The notes under the pieces were generated by a model, which made no database searches, was not told the origin of the DNA, and worked only from the letters and a program-made list of their open reading frames with translations. From Harriotta raleighana (Eukaryota), in contig JBNZDD010013730.1 of assembly GCA_050575255.1 (NCBI GenBank), positions 6,965,498 to 7,029,497 of the forward strand: a stretch of DNA of 64,000 nt, in the 5' to 3' direction. Positions 62,601 through 64,000 of this stretch are shown one piece after another. Made by a program: the position numbers and the translations under genes. The number at the start of each line of letters is the position of its first letter. Position 1 is the first letter of the stretch.

Positions 62601-63426
62601 TTAATATAAAAACAATTGTCAGCATTTAATATACAAATTTTGAAATTAAGTTAGTGCCTGTATCTTTGTTTATGGAATCCGATCTTAAAATAGAATAATA
62701 ATCCTTGCATTTGATAACGTGCTTTTCACATCTTCTAGATGTCTCAAAGCACTTCACAGAATAAACTGTAAAGTGAATTGACTATATTTGTGGGTGAAAT
62801 GCGGCAGCCAATTGTGCACAGCAGTGTCCCATAAACAGTCACAGATTGAAGTGACAAATGAATTTTTTTTGAGAGATTATTGTTAGGCATGTGGAATAAG
62901 GAAACTTGCCCAAGGTTTCGCCCTGCCTGGATTTAAACCCGGGTCTCTATCTTGTAAGGCAACCACTCAAACCACTGAGCTACTGGACTCCAGAAATCAT
63001 AACATCTAGTTTCCAGGTACAAAAAGACTTTTAATAAAAGTACTTTTTGTCTTAAACAGAATCAACAATTGTATGAATTATATTGATTTTGTTGGATTTT
63101 AATTAAATATGAGACACTTATCCTCCAATATATATTATAATTGCTGTATGATCAAAAGTATAATAAAAGTTTGATACTCAATGATGCTCGGAATATCAGA
63201 ACGTGCCATGGAAAATACAGCCAAGCTGATTTAACAAGTCACTGATCATCAAATTAAAATACTTGACCCAGCTATTGAACTTGCTTTTGATCCCTGTTAT
63301 CATTTGCAATTCCTTTTCGTAGTGGAAGATTTAGAGAGAAATGATGGCTCATCAGAGAAGCCCTATTTCATGAGTAAGTCATTGAGGAAGATTCTGAACA
63401 AGAAGAATAAAGTCAAGGAGGAATGA
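8599..63426 (+). CDS. SLC44A5: Choline transporter-like protein 5 (SLC44/CTL family), multi-exon gene; N-terminal start exon not located; two alternative last exons
   Basis: 20 internal exons (2001 nt) splice in frame with consistent phases, giving [24 protein letters not shown]...[16 protein letters not shown]...[13 protein letters not shown]...[20 protein letters not shown]...[57 protein letters not shown] and [21 protein letters not shown] favour SLC44A5 over SLC44A2/A4 (from recalled sequences). Confidence 0.9.
9262..9530 (-). mobile_element. L2 LINE 3' end remnant
   Basis: caacaacttgcatttatag tail followed by a purine-rich segment typical of the L2 3' end read antisense. Confidence 0.6.
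12213..12450. repeat. Three overlapping copies separated by single N (probable assembly bubble)
   Basis: N at 12307 and 12389; the middle copy lacks atgtgctgttaag and carries substitutions. Confidence 0.85.
12805..13290 (+). mobile_element. Ancient LF-SINE-like element (contains the 175-bp duplication)
   Basis: ttccacctc...ttcaaatccag (B-box-like), cacagcaaaaatcatccataatt and gtcaagattaaggcacact resemble the recalled LF-SINE consensus in the same order. Confidence 0.4.
12899..13248. repeat. Perfect 175-bp tandem duplication (12899-13073 = 13074-13248)
   Basis: Two identical head-to-tail copies, ggatgtcagg...gtgattctgta, with no N at the junction. Confidence 0.92.
15040..15380 (-). mobile_element. 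Highly diverged DeuSINE-like SINE
   Basis: Collinear but degenerate match to the 46855-47215 element. Confidence 0.5.
16955..17280 (+). mobile_element. Full-length tRNA-derived SINE
   Basis: A box TAGCTCGGTGG, B box GGTTCAATTCC, accttgggcaagtt segment, gggacactgctgtgcgcaattggctgccgc, L2-like tail and (att)n end. Confidence 0.9.
17715..18754. mobile_element. Non-autonomous Tc1/mariner (Tigger/pogo-type) DNA transposon
   Basis: TA|CAGTAAAACCTAGTTTATC ... GATAAACAAGGTTTTACTG|TA: terminal inverted repeats with TA target duplication; subterminal cggtt(g/a)aacg repeats; no transposase ORF. Confidence 0.88.
18195..18697. repeat. 251-bp exact duplication around a single N (probable assembly overlap artefact)
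   Basis: 18195-18445 = 18447-18697, N at 18446. Confidence 0.9.
23701..23774 (+). CDS. SLC44A5: SLC44A5 coding exon [24 protein letters not shown] (TM1)
   Basis: ctctttctag| ... GTTG|gtaagt; 74 nt, phase 2 to 1; CTD motif. Confidence 0.95.
24492..24577. mobile_element. 86-bp Tigger-type MITE
   Basis: TA|CAGTAAAACCTT...AAGGTTTTACTG|TA; the 5' end resembles the 17715 element (ttatc..gcaccc.cgggacc). Confidence 0.85.
26159..26243 (+). CDS. SLC44A5: SLC44A5 coding exon [29 protein letters not shown]
   Basis: actttcag| ... AATCA|gtaagt; 85 nt, phase 1 to 2. Confidence 0.96.
27947..28250 (-). mobile_element. Full-length tRNA-derived SINE (same family as 16955-17280)
   Basis: Reverse complement with tRNA head (A/B boxes), body and (att)n tail. 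Confidence 0.9.
28540..28655 (-). mobile_element. SINE 3' fragment
   Basis: (aat)n cccttgcatttgatatag...cttcacagaatattctgtaaagtgaattgactg. Confidence 0.75.
30520..30604 (+). CDS. SLC44A5: SLC44A5 coding exon [28 protein letters not shown]
   Basis: cttttctag| ... ACAG|gtaagc; 85 nt, phase 2 to 0. Confidence 0.96.
31983..32114 (+). CDS. SLC44A5: SLC44A5 coding exon [44 protein letters not shown]
   Basis: ttcaaacag| ... AAAG|gtttgt; 132 nt, phase 0 to 0. Confidence 0.94.
32616..32794. mobile_element. Short Penelope-like (inverted pLTR-type) element with hammerhead core motif and TSD
   Basis: Flanked by actcttataat (32605-32615 and 32795-32805). Internal inverted arms gaaacaaaaacagaagt.../...acttctgtttttgtttc. 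Minus-strand CTGACGA-A-GGGTC-GTG-GACCC-GAAA at 32646-32670. Confidence 0.75.
34413..34531 (-). mobile_element. Second copy of the Penelope-like short element, with TSD
   Basis: Flanked by gcagtatgataa (34401-34412 and 34532-34543); same termini as the 32616 copy; minus-strand CTGAAGA-A-GAGTC-GTG-GACAC-GAAAC at about 34484-34512. Confidence 0.75.
34585..34645 (+). CDS. SLC44A5: SLC44A5 coding exon [20 protein letters not shown]
   Basis: atattttag| ... CCAT|gtacgt; 61 nt, phase 0 to 1. Confidence 0.95.
34762..34885 (+). CDS. SLC44A5: SLC44A5 coding exon [42 protein letters not shown]
   Basis: ctttgcag| ... GCCAA|gtacgt; 124 nt, phase 1 to 2; overlaps track ORF 34725..34937. Confidence 0.96.
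38095..38254 (+). mobile_element. SINE 3' half
   Basis: ggacactgctgtgtgcaatggctgcc...cagtcaattcactttacagtatattctg...aaatgcaaggatt. Confidence 0.8.
40555..40655 (-). mobile_element. Old CR1 reverse-transcriptase fragment (antisense)
   Basis: Minus-strand translation approximates [25 protein letters not shown], the CR1 LQxDxDRLxxWAxxWQM motif. Confidence 0.6.
40731..42041 (+). mobile_element. 5'-truncated CR1 LINE (degraded ORF2 RT and C-terminus plus 3' UTR)
   Basis: [95 protein letters not shown]; frameshifted across ORFs 41019, 41254 and 41397; short tandem tail. Confidence 0.95.
42067..42360 (+). mobile_element. Full-length tRNA-derived SINE (same family as 16955-17280)
   Basis: Degenerate A/B boxes, gaaaccttgggcaagtttcc, gacactgctgggcgcaattggctgcc, tail atcaaatgcaaagattat. 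Confidence 0.88.
44751..44834 (+). CDS. SLC44A5: SLC44A5 coding exon [28 protein letters not shown]
   Basis: ttgttacag| ... TTAAT|gtaagt; 84 nt, phase 2 to 2. Confidence 0.96.
45353..45376. repeat. (GGA)n microsatellite
   Basis: gaggaggaggaggaggaggaggag. Confidence 0.9.
45713..46000 (+). mobile_element. SINE-like element (same family as 680-945)
   Basis: Pyrimidine tract, gggacactgctatgcgcaatttggctgc, second pyrimidine tract, then L2 tail gcgccttgggacgtcctccc...ggcgctatataaatgtaattt. Confidence 0.78.
46225..46337 (+). CDS. SLC44A5: SLC44A5 coding exon [37 protein letters not shown]
   Basis: tttatag| ... TATG|gtaagt; 113 nt, phase 2 to 1. Confidence 0.96.
46855..47215 (-). mobile_element. 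Near full-length old DeuSINE (SacSINE1/AmnSINE-like)
   Basis: Minus strand: ctgagtcagaag head, gcattgtcagaggtgtcgtcctt, atctcatggcactgtttaaaaag, gtgtcctgaccaaca, gtttgtgggacaatgc...ttggttgctgc and tail. Confidence 0.7.
48195..48270 (-). mobile_element. Third, partial copy of the Penelope-like element
   Basis: gcaggtcaggcagcatctatggagaaagg shared with the other copies; minus-strand CTGATGA-A-AGGTC-GTG-GATCC-GAAAC at about 48237-48265. Confidence 0.7.
50585..50985 (+). mobile_element. L2-clade LINE 3' end (ORF2 C-terminus plus tail)
   Basis: Translation [43 protein letters not shown]; tail gccttgggacgtcctcc...aaggcgctatacaagtgtaattttgttgtt. Confidence 0.9.
51132..51263 (+). CDS. SLC44A5: SLC44A5 coding exon [44 protein letters not shown]
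   Basis: atttccag| ... TTTA|gtaagt; 132 nt, phase 1 to 1. Confidence 0.96.
51939..52038 (+). CDS. SLC44A5: SLC44A5 coding exon [34 protein letters not shown]
   Basis: tttttcag| ... GCAA|gtaagt; 100 nt, phase 1 to 2. Confidence 0.95.
52253..52745 (+). mobile_element. Two adjacent CR1 3'-end fragments
   Basis: [31 protein letters not shown] and 3' UTR tails gatgggctgaattacctac...tatgttcctatg and gatgggccaaatggcttccttctgtgctg. Confidence 0.8.
52890..52982 (+). CDS. SLC44A5: SLC44A5 coding exon [30 protein letters not shown](I)
   Basis: ttccatcag| ... TCTAT|gtatcctt (U12 donor); 93 nt, phase 2 to 2. Confidence 0.94.
52983..53432 (+). other. U12-type (minor spliceosome) GT-AG intron
   Basis: 5' splice site GTATCCTTT is an exact U12 consensus. 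Branch-point-like TTTCTTAAC at 53411-53419 lies just upstream of the acceptor AG (53431-53432), with no polypyrimidine tract. The frame is restored across the junction. Confidence 0.92.
53433..53520 (+). CDS. SLC44A5: SLC44A5 coding exon [29 protein letters not shown]
   Basis: catgcag| ... GAG|gtaagc; 88 nt, phase 2 to 0. Confidence 0.94.
54097..54359 (+). CDS. SLC44A5: SLC44A5 coding exon [23 protein letters not shown]...[32 protein letters not shown]
   Basis: ttttcactag| ... CTGAG|gtaaga; 263 nt, phase 0 to 2; track ORF 54106..54363. Confidence 0.97.
54757..54775 (+). promoter_or_regulatory. Candidate CTCF binding site
   Basis: gtgtcagtagatggcggca vs core consensus CCASYAGRKGGCRS (1 mismatch); motif match only. 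Confidence 0.4.
54919..55013 (+). CDS. SLC44A5: SLC44A5 coding exon [31 protein letters not shown]
   Basis: attcctag| ... AAAG|gtgagt; 95 nt, phase 2 to 1. Confidence 0.97.
55817..55920 (+). CDS. SLC44A5: SLC44A5 coding exon [35 protein letters not shown]
   Basis: cacttgcag| ... ATG|gtgagt; 104 nt, phase 1 to 0. Confidence 0.97.
56030..56103 (+). CDS. SLC44A5: SLC44A5 coding exon [25 protein letters not shown]
   Basis: attttctag| ... TCAG|gtgagt; 74 nt, phase 0 to 2. Confidence 0.97.
56119..56462. mobile_element. Old Tigger-type MITE
   Basis: Degenerate TIRs caatataaccttgacaatccg vs revcomp cagtaaaccctcgataatcag (15/21 match); TA on the left and (TA)n on the right. Confidence 0.6.
56465..56487. 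repeat. (TA)n microsatellite
   Basis: tatatatatatatatatatatat. Confidence 0.9.
56800..57090 (-). mobile_element. L2 LINE 3' end remnant
   Basis: caacagcttgcacttatatagtgct tail followed by purine-rich L2-like sequence. Confidence 0.6.
57180..57250 (+). CDS. SLC44A5: SLC44A5 coding exon [23 protein letters not shown]
   Basis: ggtcaacag| ... GTAG|gtgagt; 71 nt, phase 2 to 1. Confidence 0.96.
57374..57462 (+). CDS. SLC44A5: SLC44A5 coding exon [30 protein letters not shown]
   Basis: tgtccacag| ... GTG|gtaagg; 89 nt, phase 1 to 0. Confidence 0.96.
57940..58024 (+). CDS. SLC44A5: SLC44A5 coding exon [28 protein letters not shown]
   Basis: tgtttgcag| ... TTCT|gtaagt; 85 nt, phase 0 to 1. Confidence 0.97.
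59717..59829 (+). CDS. SLC44A5: SLC44A5 alternative terminal exon A: [37 protein letters not shown]
   Basis: ctctatccag|; phase 1 matches the upstream exon; [14 protein letters not shown] motif; TAG at 59827-59829. Confidence 0.93.
60022..60027 (+). terminator. Candidate poly(A) signal for terminal exon A
   Basis: AATAAA about 190 nt after the stop; other AATAAA motifs lie further downstream, so the site used is uncertain. Confidence 0.3.
62695..62991 (-). mobile_element. Full-length tRNA-derived SINE between the two terminal exons
   Basis: Reverse complement of the 16955 family: A box TAGCTCAGTGG, B-box-like GGTTTAAATCC, body and tail. Confidence 0.9.
63323..63426 (+). CDS. SLC44A5: SLC44A5 alternative terminal exon B: [34 protein letters not shown]
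   Basis: tccttttcgtag|; phase 1 matches the upstream exon; [14 protein letters not shown] motif; TGA at 63424-63426. Confidence 0.93.
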
Positions 63427-63549
63427 AGAATATGGTGAAAACTACGTCATTCCTCAACTTGTTTGCATAAATACTGTACTAGGTTGTCCATATTGTAATT
63501 TAATAGGTCAAGAGAACCTGAACAATATTTGGTGACCACGTTTTGTTAA

Positions 63550-63555
63550 AATAAA
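63550..63555 (+). terminator. Candidate poly(A) signal for terminal exon B
   Basis: AATAAA about 125 nt after the stop. Confidence 0.3.
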
Positions 63556-64000
63556 CATGGTTAGAAAATTTGGGAGCATAGTGATAAATAGGAAGACCTC
63601 TGAATATGGAAATGTGCACTAAGTATTGCATTATAGATAGTTACCTGGAAAAGTATTCTATTTTAAGCTTTCAATGAACTAATGATCAATCCCAAAGCCA
63701 GCAAATTGAACAACATTCCAGCTAGGGAAAAACAGAAAATACCGTTGGAAAGAATTACTATTGGAAATAATGCCCGCAATATTTAAACACCTGCATTGAC
63801 ATCAAAAAGTCACCCAAAGCAGAGCTATTCCTTTATAAAACATATATACCGTTGCTGATTTGATTTCGGCCATTTGTCCAATATGTTAATAACAATTTGA
63901 TATTTCAAGATATTATTTCTGGATGATAATCAGTTCAAGTGCCTTCCCTTCAGTGTTGGTCACGAGTCTAGAATGGTGGGATGCCGTATTACTAGTGACT

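Overview
AT-rich, intron-dominated vertebrate genomic DNA, not prokaryotic. The repeat families (DeuSINE/SacSINE-like SINEs, CR1 and L2 LINE ends, Penelope-type short elements) suggest a cartilaginous fish, which is an inference. The + strand carries almost all of a choline transporter-like gene, best matching SLC44A5 (CTL5). I traced 20 internal coding exons from 8599 to 58024, all with AG/GT boundaries and consistent phases. They are followed by two homologous, alternative terminal exons (59717-59829 and 63323-63426), giving about 704 or 701 codons from the first visible Gly. The start-codon exon was not identified. One intron (52983-53432) is a U12-type minor intron. The introns hold tRNA-derived SINEs with apparently chimeric CORE-like plus Deu-like bodies, CR1/L2 fragments, TA-flanked Tigger-type MITEs and a long palindrome. 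They also hold three copies of a short Penelope-like element with hammerhead-ribozyme core motifs, two of them flanked by target-site duplications. Several exact duplications are probably assembly artefacts. Most short ORFs in the track are spurious. Family assignments come from recalled consensus sequences; no database searches were run.
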